From Octopus bimaculoides (lineage: Eukaryota): a stretch of DNA of 64,000 nt. The notes under the pieces are model-generated. The model ran no database searches and was not told the DNA's origin. It worked only from the letters and a program-made list of their open reading frames with translations. The stretch is from contig NC_068988.1 in assembly GCF_001194135.2 (NCBI RefSeq), positions 31,251,895-31,315,894 of the forward strand, in the 5' to 3' direction. The position numbers and the translations under genes were made by a program. Positions 12,682 to 27,247 of this stretch are shown here, piece after piece (positions within the stretch are counted from its first letter, which is position 1; each line of letters starts with the position of its first letter).

Positions 12682-13726
12682 GTATGTCCGTCCGTCCGTC
12701 CATGTCTCCCCCCCTCTCTCTATCTATCTATGAATGTAAGCATGTTAGCATGGTTAAGAAGCTCTATTAGAAACCGTGTGTCCCGCGTTCGATTCCATTG
12801 TCTAACACCTTCAGCAACTCCTTACTAAACTGAACGTCGGCAATACAGCTGACGATCTTTCTCCTTTAAAATCCTCCTCGTTACACTCGCACATAAAACA
12901 AAAACTGCATCCATAACTTTACAATCAAGATTAACTTTACAATCTACCAATAATTAGATGTGAACTCATGTGTTGAAACATGTGTTGCATCTCAGGAGGT
13001 TCATTACGCCAACATTGAACACACGCACTGATTCAATTTCACTCCATTATCATTCGTCACTTGGTGAAATTAATCATTCAGTTTAGCAATCAACTAGTTG
13101 TGCTTGCCGAAGTTCATTCGTCGCCATTCTCAATATTTTCAATAACAGGTCCTCTCTATTTCCGGTCAGCTGACGTGGAGTAGGGAGGGTCTGTCATTGA
13201 GGAAATTGCAAACAGCAACGAAAGGACTTACGCAAACACACCTTAATGGTTAACAGAACGATTAACCGAGAAAGAGATTAGTTGCTTATTCGCCAAGTCA
13301 AGAATAAAGGATTGAACCAGGCGGTGTGTTCATCATTGTCGTAATGCCTCTACTGTATTACAACGAAAGCTCTTCTTAATAATTACACATAAAAATACAG
13401 TCCGACAAACAGTCCCTGATGAAACTTCGAAGTCACTTTCAACATTAAAATCAAAGAAAAGTACGCACACAGAGAACACACTCGCATGCACGCGCTCCCG
13501 CATACACATATAGACACACCGCGCACACACATACAGGCGCAACCCTCCCTCCTTCCCCACACAGAGACAGGTTACAGATATGGAAGCATCCAGTTATGTC
13601 TCGTGATTTTAACAAAGATGAACACAGATGCGACGCAGAGTAGCTCTCCTTGATCGTGTATAACGGCCTCAGCCGAATCGTTTCCTTTGCAATTTAAGTT
13701 ATTTGGTTTAGGTTGGCAATAAATTC

Positions 13727-13738
13727 AGTCACGTGACT
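13727..13738. promoter_or_regulatory. Palindromic extended E-box AGTCACGTGACT (USF/MiT-TFE type motif)
   Basis: Perfect 12-bp palindrome in a non-repetitive island between microsatellites; function not demonstrated. Confidence 0.3.
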
Positions 13739-14917
13739 TCATTTCAACTCATAAGAAGCGTCATATATGGAACAATTTTATATAGTAGCGTCTTGCGGAG
13801 GACATTTTAATGATCACATACCTAGCTGAAAAGCGTGTATGTATGTATGTATGTATGCATGCATGTATGTATGTATTTATGCGTGTACGTGTGTGCGTGC
13901 GCATGTGTATGTGTGTGTGTATGTGTGCGCGCACGTATCCGTGTGTGTACATTTGTGCGCATGCGTGTACAAAGAAAAACAAATTTGACAATTTATATCT
14001 ATGTTTTTTATATCTATATCATATTTGTAAAACTTCGAAAGAAATACTACACATTTTGTCTATATTGTGTATATATTTGTATACACAGATACTTGCATCC
14101 GTGTATTCATTCATACATAGATATATGCATATACATACATATGTATATATATATATATATATATATATNNNNNNNNNNNNNNNNNNNNNNNNNNNNNNNN
14201 NNNNNNNNNNNNNNNNNNNNNNNNNNNNNNNNNNNNNNNNNNNNNNNNNNNNNNNNNNNNNNNNNNNNNNNNNNNNNNNNNNNNNNNNNNNNNNNNNNNN
14301 NNNNNNNNNNNNNNNNNNNNNNNNNNNNNNNNNNNNNNNNNNNNNNNNNNNNNNNNNNNNNNNNNNNNNNNNNNNNNNNNNNNNNNNNNNNNNNNNNNNN
14401 NNNNNNNNNNNNNNNNNNNNNNNNNNNNNNNNNNNNNNNNNNNNNNNNNNNNNNNNNNNNNNNNNNNNNNNNNNNNNNNNNNNNNNNNNNNNNNNNNNNN
14501 NNNNNNNNNNNNNNNNNNNNNNNNNNNNNNNNNNNNNNNNNNNNNNNNNNNNNNNNNNNNNNNNNNNNNNNNNNNNNNNNNNNNNNNNNNNNNNNNNNNN
14601 NNNNNNNNNNNNNNNNNNNNNNNNNNNNNNNNNNNNNNNNNNNNNNNNNNNNNNNNNNNNNNNNNNNNNNNNNATATATATATATATATATATATAGACA
14701 GACACACATATACACACACGCAGACACACATACACACCAACACACTGACACACGCGCACACATACATAATAATACATATACACACAGACACACACAGACA
14801 CACATATACACACACGTAGACACACAGACACACACATAAGAAAAAGAAAACGGGAGTCTGTTCATAAAACATTTACTTACGTCATTTAATACATGTTTCC
14901 TTAATAAAAAGTATCAA

Positions 14918-15470
14918 TTACTAGCTGAGTAGCCCATCGTTCACAATAGGATACCTTTATTTGCTTTTTATTCCATGTCAGACCATGTCTTCCCCGAGGG
15001 ATAGGCCTCTTGATTTGTGCAATTTTTGGCATAAAAATTTCGCAGAGGATATATTTCCAATTATTTACATGCCTATTCAACCATTTCATATGACTTTGTT
15101 TATTAAAACTTCAGAACGTCCTATCAATTTCGTTGTTGCAATGTTTTGCTTTCATTACGTTTTTAATAAAAATTCGTCATCGTAATGTTTTTGCTTTCAT
15201 TTTGTACTAGTCAGTTATCACGCAGAAAATGCTAACTTCCTAATCCTGTTTTCTGATTAGGTAAAACTTCTGTAAGATTTTTCTTGAACAAATAAATACA
15301 AAATTGGATTCAGCGTGAAAAATGACATCAATATACTGAATCTGAAAATTTTAACTTAATTTCAAAATTTCAAAATTTCAAAACCTGTGACAACAAAACA
15401 CCCGCGAGAAGTAGAAAGTTTCTAAGATGCGACACATAGGCACATATACAAACGTACACATACCAGGTAA
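14918..15470 (+). mobile_element. Possible non-autonomous Helitron/Helentron-like remnant
   Basis: Begins ACTAGCTGAGTAGCCCATCGTT, resembling the CTAGC..ACCCG.CGTT 5' ends of such elements, and ends near an AC-rich tract. Resemblance only. Confidence 0.3.
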
Positions 15471-16359
15471 TCATGAGATAAAGATGGCGACTTTTAATTA
15501 CATTCAGTGTTGGTGACCTGGAAGTTGAGTCATTTGTCGTAGCAGATTATATTTTTGATTCCTAATAACCATCATATTTCGAAAATCATATTTGTTTTTC
15601 CTCTAGGACACACCGATTCCGAGCCTTTGCATGATATACACATATACATAAACACATATACTCTCATGTATATAGTAGACATATATGTATGTGTGTATCC
15701 GTGTATCTGTGTACGTATGTATGTTTGTGTCTGTGTGCCAGTGTGTATGTATGCATATCTGTCTGTCTCTATGTATGTATGAATGTATGTATGTATGTAT
15801 GTATGTATGTTCTTTATGCATCTATGCGTGTCTGCGTGAGTGTTTCTTTGTGATAGACTGCAGAGACGCTGCATGCGGATAACTGCTGTCAGCTACCAAC
15901 CATATTTCTCTTTAAAGTTATGTATTCCTCACACCCACCTTCCTTTCTCTTCTACAGCGTAGCGTTTTAAAAGTTATTTATGTGTACTTGTATTGGTGTA
16001 TGTATGTGTGTATCTATGTATTTACGTACGTATGTATGCAGCGTACATCGTAATATATTTTCAGCTTCCATCAACCACCCACCATGCTTGGAAATTTCCA
16101 AATTTAAACTCATTCACTTAACTTCTAGCTTATACCTCTCACTCAAGTTCAGTGCAACTTAACTCGTGCTTCACACTTTCCTTATACCACAGCCAAAATG
16201 GTCAAACGATCTTTGAGAGTTTTATAACTGGAAAAAAACTTATGAGCAGATTAGATTGTCATTTCTTCAGAGATTTCGTTACTCTCATTAGTAACGCTTA
16301 CAATTTATACTGGGCAGTATTACAATATCAACAGCCATAACAAAGTGCGTTAAAGTAGG

Positions 16360-16497
16360 TAAATGAAGTTGCACTTATGTAGGAAATAGGGAGCTAATGT
16401 GCGGCACGAACATTTGGTCACTATAAGCAATAAACTTTTGCAGGTCGGTTGGCAAAAACGTTGAACGCTCATACGTCGCCTTCGACGGCAGAGTCCA

Positions 16498-16500
<3 letters not shown>
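16360..16500 (+). mobile_element. SINE family C, 3' fragment
   Basis: TTTGCAGGTCGGTTGGCAAAAACGTTGAACGCTCATACGTCG matches the 3' ends at ~24220-24270 and ~54730-54780; followed by (CA)n. Confidence 0.55.
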
Positions 16501-16567
<67 letters not shown>

Positions 16568-16703
16568 NNNNNNNNNNNNNNNNNNNNNNNNNNNNNNNNN
16601 NNNNNNNNNNNNNNNNNNNNNNNNNNNNNNNNNNNNNNNNNNNNNNNNNNNNNNNNNNNNNNNNNNNNNNNNNNNNNNNNNNNNNNNNNNNNNNNNNNNN
16701 NNN

Positions 16704-16741
<38 letters not shown>

Positions 16742-17367
16742 CATACATTCTATTGAAACTTGTACGTGTGACTGCGCGTTTGTATCTGCCTTTATATGTG
16801 TGTATATATATATGTGTTTGCATATATATGTATGTGTGTGTGTGTGTGTATATGCATATGCCAATGTACACTATATGCACGTATGTTCATTCGTACATAC
16901 ATGCACACACCTACATAGATAAATAGATGTGCTTGACTTGTAATGATATTTTTATGCATTATAAAGGCCGGGACGGATAAATGACAGAGTATAAAACATG
17001 CTTCAGAACCAAAACATGAGTACATTTATCATAAACTGATTATAAAGAGAAATGATATGTAAGGAGATAGTAACAAATATCAGAGATCTTTGAGTTGGAA
17101 TGTATATGAGTGGATGTGAAAAGTGTGTTTGAAAGAGGTGAGATGATATGTTATTCCGTAGGTTAAATATTCCAAGTCTCTGAATGCTTAAATTTTCAGA
17201 AAGTTTCAGTGGAAGCTGATAGCGGCTAGATTTCAGCCTAAAGTACAACTATATATACATATGCATATGCATACATACAAAAACACACACACACATATAT
17301 ATACACATAGATATACATATATATGTATATACTTAAGTATATTTGTGTGTGTACTGTACACACGCAC

Positions 17368-17414
<47 letters not shown>

Positions 17415-17657
17415 ACAAAAAGAACTGTTTGTTGAAAATAATGTAATATTAGTAATGTAGGTACACAAAAAATATTTATATTAATGCTTTTAAAAATAAT
17501 TTTTAATATCTGGTATGCATTATAATGGAAATTTTACTTTCCTGAATAATGGTTTATGGAACGATTTTTTTCATTTATATATTGTAGTTTAATTTGAAGT
17601 GAGGAAATTAATACATACATACATACATATACATACATATATACATTCATATATACA

Positions 17658-17711
<54 letters not shown>

Positions 17712-18779
17712 TAGATATATTTATATAAGTAAACACAAACGCATATGTGTACACTTATACATATACGCATCTATCGATTCCCACACACACATGCACACAC
17801 ATATACACACACGTATTTTGTATGTATTATGGTTATTATAAAGCCCTTGTGCAATTTTAAATTTGTATCCAAATAGTTCTTTTGAAGGTACAATTTATTT
17901 CTAAAAAGCATAAGTGAACTTTTATTATATGCCTAAACATATATATTTTTTTGAGAAATTTAATTTTCAATATGTCCATCATCGGGGGCCAACAAATGTC
18001 TACTCCTTACTCACAAATCCACCGTTTCTTCAGTTTAATACTTATATCGCTTTACTACTCTGATATCCGCATTTCTGAACCAGCTCGGTATATACTGTTC
18101 TCCCCTAACTTCAGGTCATCAATTACTCTTATTGCATTTCCGGTGTTAGACTTACACTCGCCTCTCCACCTGGTATAACCTTCCCATAATGAAGAGCGCA
18201 CAAATTTTCATCCCTACCTCCCACGTTATTTTTCCTTCATAAAATCAGCCTCCTGATACTTTTACCTGATTAACAACGGCAACGATTTAACTCACGTCAC
18301 TAGTATATATGGGGACCTATATATCCCATAGGCTTTGCCACTTTTTCGTTTACATTCTTAAAGAAGAACAGATGACTAATGTTGCTTAGGCACAGATCCA
18401 TTCCGGATAGGGCAGATATTTGATTAAAGGCATCATAACAGTTGCAACCCGCAAGTAATTTGACATATTGAATTCTTAATTTGCCATTTTGTACTTCATT
18501 TCTTCGACTATTCCTTAAAGAGCACGTTAAGGCCAAGTAGAAGGTTTATCTGTGGCTCAATTCAGAGCAGTACAGGTTGCATAAATTCGACTATAGGGTT
18601 TCTAATTAATATTCTACTGTGCCTAATCAAACGAAACGGATTCATATCATTTTAATACTTTCAGATTAATTATTTCGAATAGCAAATTTTCTTTCTGAGT
18701 TCTTGGGACATTTTTCTGATTTTCCATTTGATTACATAGTTATCCATATGAACTTCTGTGAGGATTGCATGTATGTATA

Positions 18780-18838
<59 letters not shown>

Positions 18839-21476
18839 NNNNNNNNNNNNNNNNNNNNNNNNNNNNNNNNNNNNNNNNNNNNNNNNNNNNNNNNNNNNNN
18901 NNNNNNNNNNNNNNNNNNNNNNNNNNNNNNNNNNNNNNNNNNNNNNNNNNNNNNNNNNNNNNNNNNNNNNNNNNNNNNNNNNNNNNNNNNNNNNNNNNNN
19001 NNNNNNNNNNNNNNNNNNNNNNNNNNNNNNNNNNNNNNNNNNNNNNNNNNNNNNNNNNNNNNNNNNNNNNNNNNNNNNNNNNNNNNNNNNNNNNNNNNNN
19101 NNNNNNNNNNNNNNNNNNNNNNNNNNNNNNNNNNNNNNNNNNNNNNNNNNNNNNNNNNNNNNNNNNNNNNNNNNNNNNNNNNNNNNNNNNNNNNNNNNNN
19201 NNNNNNNNNNNNNNNNNNNNNNNNNNNNNNNNNNNNNNNNNNNNNNNNNNNNNNNNNNNNNNNNNNNNNNNNNNNNNNNNNNNNNNNNNNNNNNNNNNNN
19301 NNNNNNNNNNNNNNNNNNNNNNNNNNNNNNNNNNNNNNNNNNNNNNNNNNNNNNNNNNNNNNNNNNNNNNNNNNNNNNNNNNNNNNNNNNNNNNNNNNNN
19401 NNNNNNNNNNNATATATATATATACATATATAAGTTTATATATATGTATATACAGGTATATATATACATATATAAAAAAACTATATATGTATATATAGAT
19501 TTCTATATATGTATACACAAGCACACACACTCACGAGAAATATCAAAGTTAAAAGTATTCCACATAAGTGAAGAAATACCGAAAAATTATTAAAAAAGAA
19601 ACTATGCATAATTCCTTTTGCATTGTAAAAAATTAAATTATTCTAAAATACATTTTCACTTATTCGGTAGATTTCGGTATCGTTTCTAATGTCCACGTGT
19701 AATATCTGGCTGCTAGTCTTCAATTAATATAGAATATAGGATATCGACCGGATGTAACTTCGCTAAAGTCACACGAGGTAACAAAAGAAGTAATACTATT
19801 TAAGTTAGTAACACAAATTTGACAGATAGGGAGGTAACGTTGCTTAATTTATAGAGGTGGGGAAATACATTTCCACAAATGTAGTTATTTATATTAAAAA
19901 TAACCCTTATAATTAATTATCAATTCAAAATTATTTCTTTGCTAATTCCATGTTGTTTTGCTGTATTTTACGCACAATGCTAAAACAATTATAATTCTTA
20001 ATTCGGTTGCCAAATTTCAGTACTTTGATGTCAATGGCCACTGAATTAAAATTTTCTATTTACTGGAATAGACATTCGTTGTGTGTGAGCCGTCACCCAT
20101 TTTGTAAGCGACGTGACCGTTTGGCAAATTTATTTCTCTCCATATCTAGAGCATGTTATGGTATAATTTAAGTTTTTAGATAAGTATGTAAAATTATATT
20201 ATATTAAAACTTTGTTTTCCCTGTTTTGAAATAGGATTCGGAAACTTTGGATATATTCACACAGATTCCACAATTTGATCTTCCTCATTATTCGACTGTT
20301 AGATGTGATACATTGTTGGTAGCTAGCTCGGTAATGGTTAATAATTTCATTAGTGAGTTTGGCTACTTTTGGCTTTTTAGAAACGGGCTATTTCTCTATC
20401 GGTAAGAAATCTTGGATTTCAAACTGAATAATAACATACATACATACATACACATGTGCAACTTACCATTTCTGCTGGTGTATTTTTCTAGTTGGCATTC
20501 TCACTTTTGTAGTTGTTACACTTTGATTTTTATTCTCCTCCTGAAAGTAGCAACTTTCGACAGTTTCGCACAAGGCATTTCTAAGGGACTCAATGTTAGC
20601 TTTTATACAAACGATCTTTCCTAACAACTGACATTTTGGGGGTTGGTTGATGTGTCAGTTGATTTACAGTATATGTCTTGCAGATTATATTTCTGTATCA
20701 GTGTTATGCAGAGACATAACTCCGAAGTGAATGTAAAGCGACAGAAATAACACTAGCAATGTACTCACGCGAAAACCGAGCACATTAACAACAATAGCAC
20801 AGGCAGCAACAGCAGCAGCAGTAGCAGCAGCAGCAGCAACAACAACAACAACAACAACAGCAGCAGCAGCAGCATCAACGACCAGAAGAGAGGTATTACG
20901 ATAAAACGGAAATAGTGATATAACACGGCGACTACCGCTAGCACATTCTCAACAACATTAATTCACAGCAGCAACGACTAGCACAAAAAGGAAGGCGGTA
21001 ATAAATTTTGGAGAAATATATTTAAAAAAAAATTGCTTTGAATTTAACTATCGAATTTTACCGGCCATTAATGAAGGAAATGAGGTCCTTCGCTATTAAT
21101 AAATGCATTTTTTTTTGTTTGTGTGAGGAAACGAACGTAAATTCACTGATTCTCTCTGTTCTCAGACTGCCTAAAGCCATTAAGATTGGCCTGCTATGTT
21201 TTAATTTGTTTTTGTTTTGTTTTGTTTTGTTATAGTTTTCGCTTTTGAGCTTAGCTACTGGGTAACCATAGCAACGAATTTATTGCGGTCCATCATTATC
21301 ATTGTTATTATTTATCATCCCCACCGTCTTCTCCATTGGTATTTTTTTTTTTTTTGCAATTATTAATTTTGTTGATTTTACGCAATGTAAATCCCCTGCT
21401 GTTTCATGTTTGTTATTGTCTTCTTGCATTTCGCTTTTGTGCTGTCCCCAACGTCTTGAAACCTTGTAGCTAATAA

Positions 21477-21481
21477 AATAA

Positions 21482-21538
<57 letters not shown>

Positions 21539-21775
21539 GTTGTTGTTGTTGTTGTTCTTGTTATTGTTGTTGCTGCTGTTGCTATTGTTATTATTATTAT
21601 TACTATTGTTATTATCATCATCACTATTATTTTTATAGTAGTAGTAGTAGTAGTAGTCGTCGTCGTCGTCGTCGTCGTAGTAGTAGTAGTAGTAGTAATA
21701 GTAGTAGTAGTAGTAGTAGTCGTCGTCGTCGTCGTAGTAGTAGTAGTAGTAATGTGATTGTTGCTGTTGTTCATA
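21477..21775. repeat. Compound trinucleotide microsatellite (TTA)n-(TTG)n-(TAG)n-(TCG)n
   Basis: Directly visible; source of the poly-Thr/poly-Ile ORF at 21280-21774. Confidence 0.95.
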
Positions 21776-22049
21776 CTGTTTGTATAGAAATCATAGGTCT
21801 TGGCTCCTGAGAAAGGATATAATAAATTATTTTTCGTCTGGCAACTTCACTAGAATGCCTGTGTTAAGATGTGAGCAGTTATAAGCAATCCATATTCTTG
21901 CAATGTATTGGTACTACCGATGACAAAAATGGCAATGCCTCTCATCGGAACTAATCCCCAATGGCACCTTGCGACGTCTTTTAACGTTCTGAGTTGAAAT
22001 CTTGATCAGGTCTACTTTGTGTTTCATACGTTCTATGACGATTAACAAA

Positions 22050-22240
22050 GAACCAGTTAAATATGATGACTGATTCAATATGCTTCAGGAATTTTAGTCA
22101 AACTAATCGAATTTCAGTTTAATTTATATTCTTTTTAAGCCTGGTAATTATTCTATCTTTTGACGAACTGATAAGTTACGGGTACGTGAACATGCTAACA
22201 CCTGTTGTCAAGCGGTGATGGTGGAAAACCAGACACACAC
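22050..22240 (-). mobile_element. SINE family B, 3' half (degenerate)
   Basis: Reverse complement aligns with 48350-48530 (TAAGTTACGGG.ACG..AACA..AACA....GTTGTCAAGCG). Confidence 0.6.
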
Positions 22241-23556
22241 ACACACACGCACGCACACGCACATACACACAAGTTATGTCGTGCTGAAATTTCCAAACAG
22301 GATGAAATGATATCAAACACAGCTACTATGATAAGGATAAAGAATTATAATAAACGAATTATATGCAATACGATGTATGTTCTTGTTGCTCTTTTCACTC
22401 ATTGCAAAAAAAAAAAAGAAAGAAAATTCTCTACAGAAGACAAAAGAAGGATATGCTTAGAAGCGATTCTCTTTCTTTTGACTAGTGGGAGTGAATCCGG
22501 AGCCATATAATTCTTTCAGCTTTTGCTGGTAGACGTGAGAGAGTCGGTAGAGCTCCGATTAAATTAATTTGTGCTGTTAAGTTACGACAGTTACGTTCTT
22601 AATTTGATCAAGCATCTAATAGCTTATAGCTTTGTCACAGTACATTCTGTGTTCTGAGTCCATCAATGCATACTTTGTTGCATTCCTCGGTGTTCAATGA
22701 AGTTAGTGCTAGTCACTTTCTTTCAATCGATTCAATCGGCTACAATCACTCACGCGCATATTAGTGGCTTTGTTGAACGTATAAATTTTTTTGAAATTTT
22801 TTTTTGGGTTTCCTGTTGTTGTTGTTGTTCTTGTTGATGATGTTTATGATGATGTTGATCTTTTTTTGTCGAATGCGTCTTTTATCCTTTCTTAGGATCG
22901 ATGAAAGGTGTAACCGTCATAAACTGCCTTTGAGTCGATGGATTAAGTCCCTAAAGAGACTTCCAAAATATCATCGTCATCATCATCATCGTCATCGTCG
23001 TCGTCGTTATCATCATCAACATAGCTATTATCATTATCATCTGCAATGTCAAAATCTTTCCATTAACAAAAAACAGTCTCTCATTTTCCGTTCTCATCAA
23101 GGAGATATAATTTACCCCAGCCGATGCGGAAGCCTCTGTGATATTGTTTGGTCTGTTAGAAATATCAGCCACAATTTCAGATTATATATATTATATCGTT
23201 TTACAAAAGGAAGGACACGTTGGATAATGTAGTCCGAGCTATACATTTACTGAAAAAAAAAAAAAAGGATAAGCTGGGTACGTTTTTGATCATAGATCTA
23301 CATAATCAGATGCAAATCGTCATTATTAACATCAACAGCAAGATCAGCAGCAGCAGGAGTATCAACAAAAGAAACAAGCATGATTTACGTTTATCTACAG
23401 ACACTCATATTTTCTTATTATTTTATCAAACACTTCCACTTTAATCTTCTCTCTTGTTAGAAAAGTTATATATTCAGGAAAAATAATTCTTTCTCTACTC
23501 AGTGTCGTCGATATCTGAAACGGATTGCTACTTAACTTTTAAATTATATTTAGCAA

Positions 23557-23582
23557 TTATTATTATTATTATTATTATTATA

Positions 23583-23630
<48 letters not shown>

Positions 23631-23781
23631 GAGTGAGAGAGCTGTGCATGCCATCAAAGTGACACTTAGAATTGTCTTAGCCAGGACTGGACAGCCAGAG
23701 ACAATATGAATTATTGTTTCTTCTCCATCGCGACATAGTCTTCTTCTTCTTCTTCTTCTTCTTCTTCTTCTTCTTCTTCTT

Positions 23782-23875
<94 letters not shown>
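23557..23875. repeat. (TTA)n, a short repeat-D end, then (TTC)n-(TTA)n microsatellites
   Basis: Directly visible; 23631-23665 is the reverse complement of the end of repeat D (55566-55600). Confidence 0.9.
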
Positions 23876-23876
<1 letters not shown>

Positions 23877-23990
23877 GGCGACGAGCTAGTAGGATCGTTG
23901 GCACGTCGATTAAAATGCTTAACACCATTTCTTCCGTCTTTACGTTTCGAGTTCAAATTCGGTGTCGATAAATTAAGTACCAGTGAAATA
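23876..23990 (+). mobile_element. SINE family A, 3'-truncated where a family C SINE begins
   Basis: AGGCGACGAGCTAGTAGGATCGTTGGCACG head, GAGTTCAAATTC, GATAAATTAAGTACCAGT. Confidence 0.75.
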
Positions 23991-23991
23991 C

Positions 23992-24275
23992 GAGGACGCA
24001 TGGCCTAATGTTAAGGGTTTTGTATTCACGATCGCGAGATTGTGGTTTCAACTCCTAGACCGAGTGGTGCGTTGTGTTCTTGAGAAAAACACTTCATCTC
24101 ACGTTACTCTACGATGACTTCGACATTTGACACATGGCAGACAGTGCACCTGTCCAGGCAACGTCAATTTGATGAAATGGGTGAACTAATGTACATTTGA
24201 TCACTGTAAACAAATCATTTGTGCAGGTCGTTCGGTAAAGAAGCTGAAAATCCATGCGTCGTCTTCTTAAGTCAA
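23992..24275 (+). mobile_element. tRNA-derived SINE, family C
   Basis: TGGCCTAATGTT A-box-like, GGTTTCAACTCC B-box-like, CORE-like TGTGTTCTTGAGAAAAACACTTCATCTCACGTT; second full copy at ~54510-54785. Confidence 0.7.
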
Positions 24276-25479
24276 CACTGTTGAAGCAAACCTATGGTCG
24301 AAATGATTCAACTCATGATTCTCCTGTATCCATCCATCCAGCCATCCATCCATCCATCCATCCATCCATCCATCCATCCATCCAACTCCTTTGGTAACTA
24401 TTCCTGTAAAGGTCGTCGGCATAGAGTCATCAGGCAACTCCACCATATGGTCCTATCAGAAGCAACCGTTATTATAATTTACGGCTGATCTTCCAAGCGT
24501 GACCAACTGAGACTATGGATAATATCTAATGATCACGTTATTGGTTTACTTCTAGCTGTCCTGCTAGTTGGTTCAGCTTGAGAGATCTGTCTTGCGCTTC
24601 TTTCCTGAGATATTCTAATCTCACGCTTATAGTATTGGAGCTATGATCACTCAAATCGTAGAAGTAGCGATTCGACCTTGAGAATTTCTATGATCTCAGA
24701 GCTACGCACGTTGTTCTAGTAATGTTACTCCAGAGATCTTCCAGGGAACCCATTTCGGTTGTTTGTTTCCGCAATCTTACTATTTCGATCATTACCCAAC
24801 ATTTTCAGTAATAATGCATCAAATATTACATAATGTAATGTGTCCTTCACTTTAATGTCGGTAGATTATAATTTGAGAGAAACCTGGCCTCTATTTCTAG
24901 CAGGTCAAATGTCCACATAAAGGCTCTCTTCTTGGCTTGAATAAGTACCATTTATTGCTTCTGTTTTAGTTTATCAGATCTGGTCGAGTGATTCTATGAC
25001 CAGAGACATTCTATTCATAACCGCCCAATCTTTATTCCTAGATTCGTTGTACCACTTTATCCAGGGAATAGTTTTTAAGACCGTAGATGTAGTTTAAAGC
25101 AGATGTGACTCCTAGTGTTAGTAGTTCAAACCACTATGCATAGAACTTCCTTGATAGCTCGAATGCGCAGGAATAAACAACTGCATAAATTAGATACAAA
25201 ATTTTACCATAGCTGTCTTGTAGTAAAAGCAGCTAACGTAATATTTTATGCTGGCTTCCTTCTTCTTGCTTAATTAGAAAGCAAATTTTTACTTCTGTAT
25301 GTATATGTGTTCATTTACAGATGTTGATGTATATAAAGTTGTGTCACTGCATCTCTGATTGCATAACATGATTAGTTGGAAAACGCCTGTGTGTGCAGAA
25401 AAGTAATTATACGTACAGTGCAGACATTAGCACATTGTTCGCGTAACCATATGATTACATATGGAACAAACCCCACACC

Positions 25480-25672
25480 TCGCCAAGAATAAATAAAAAA
25501 ACAAAAAAAAACACGAAGACGAGGTAAAATAAACAAAAAAACAAACAAACAAACAAACGGTGTATTATGTTGATGCTCAGGAAAATTGAAAGAAGTCTTT
25601 AACGTTTCTTGCCTATGTTCTACAGAATGGATAGTTGAGGAAAGAAAAAGAGAAAAAGACAAACGGAGCTAG
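25480..25672 (-). mobile_element. Second copy of the hammerhead-like short repeat (cf. 6728-6940)
   Basis: Reverse complement reads ATT-CTGTAGA-ACATAGGCAA-GAAACGTT-AAAGACTTCTTTCAATTTTCCTGAGC, matching GAAACGTTAAAGACTTCTTCATTTCCCGAGC at 6843-6873. Confidence 0.55.
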
Positions 25673-27189
25673 ACATATCTTTGAATAAACGAAAGTTTTA
25701 CTGAATTGACACTGGAAGTGTGAAAACGCACTCGAAGTGCAATGATGTTTTTGGAAGGAGTTTGAAACAGATTCACCTCCATGACTTACGAATGAAATTT
25801 GAGATAAACTTAAAGCAGAGAGAACTCTTCAAAATGTCCACAAGAAACCTATCGGAAGCTCGCAGACATCGATGAACAACGAAAAGCAAGAAAAAGTACT
25901 GGACAGATATTGCCAGATTAAAATCTGTAACCAGAGAAAATTTGTGCGGTAAGCGAGTCGTAGGATAGGAATTTCGAAATCAAGCGTCCATCGTATTTTG
26001 TGGCGCTGTCATTGGTAAAGTTATCTTCAAAGGATAGTCCTTGATCTTAATGAAGATGATTTTCAAAATGCAAACTTACTTTATTCTGTTTGTAATTTGT
26101 ATTAACTATAAATTGAAACAATTGTAGGCTTAATTAAAAATATGTTAATGAATTAGTNNNNNNNNNNNNNNNNNNNNNNNNNNNNNNNNNNNNNNNNNNN
26201 NNNNNNNNNNNNNNNNNNNNNNNNNNNNNNNNNNNNNNNNNNNNNNNNNNNNNNNNNNNNNNNNNNNNNNNNNNNNNNNNNNNNNNNNNNNNNNNNNNNN
26301 NNNNNNNNNNNNNNNNNNNNNNNNNNNNNNNNNNNNNNNNNNNNNNNNNNNNNNNNNNNNNNNNNNNNNNNNNNNNNNNNNNNNNNNNNNNNNNNNNNNN
26401 NNNNNNNNNNNNNNNNNNNNNNNNNNNNNNNNNNNNNNNNNNNNNNNNNNNNNTAGTTAGTTCATGATATATATGTACATGTGTATGTATGTATGTATGT
26501 ATGTATGTTTGTATGTATGTATGTGCGTGTACATGTGTGCGCGTATGCATCTGTGTACATGCGTATGCATGTGTGCATGTCTATACACATGTATGTATAT
26601 ATGTATATATGTACGTATGTGAGTATGCACGTATGTACTTATGGATGTACGTGAGTAATAGAGTAAGTGTGTAGACGTTTTTGTGTGTGTGTGTGTGTGT
26701 GCATATGTATGTACATGTGAATGTATGTTTATGTACTGATATGTGCGTCAGTTCAAGTTGTATACATGACAGTTACTTTGTTGAAGGTTGTATATACGCA
26801 TATATATACATATGCATTTACACATATGTAAACACACACACATATATGTGTGCGTTTGCCCCTTTCACCATCGTCTAACGGTGAATTGATACAACGTCTT
26901 AGATAGATATGTCTGTGTGTGTATGTGTGTGTGTATGTGTGTGTGTGTGCGTGTATAAATATATCTATACATACATATTAACACACACACACACATGTAT
27001 ATATATATATATATATAAGAGATACGCTCACGCATATTTTTTGGCAGATATATATAGTACAAATTTACGCAAAACGTAAATTTGTATGCATATTTATGAA
27101 CTGAGACGTAGCTATCTATCTTTTTATTTGTCCGCTCGTCTGTCTGTCCGTCCGTCAATCTGTCTGTCTGCCTGCCTGCCTGCTTGTCA

Positions 27190-27247
<58 letters not shown>

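Noticed and set aside
13416-13440. CTGATGA-A-ACTTCGAAGT hairpin
   Set aside because: No GAAA box after the hairpin, so not a hammerhead.
20795-20882. CAG/CAA run suggestive of a polyglutamine exon
   Set aside because: The Gln frame contains TAG, no flanking splice sites or ORF are evident, and similar trinucleotide runs are everywhere in the window.
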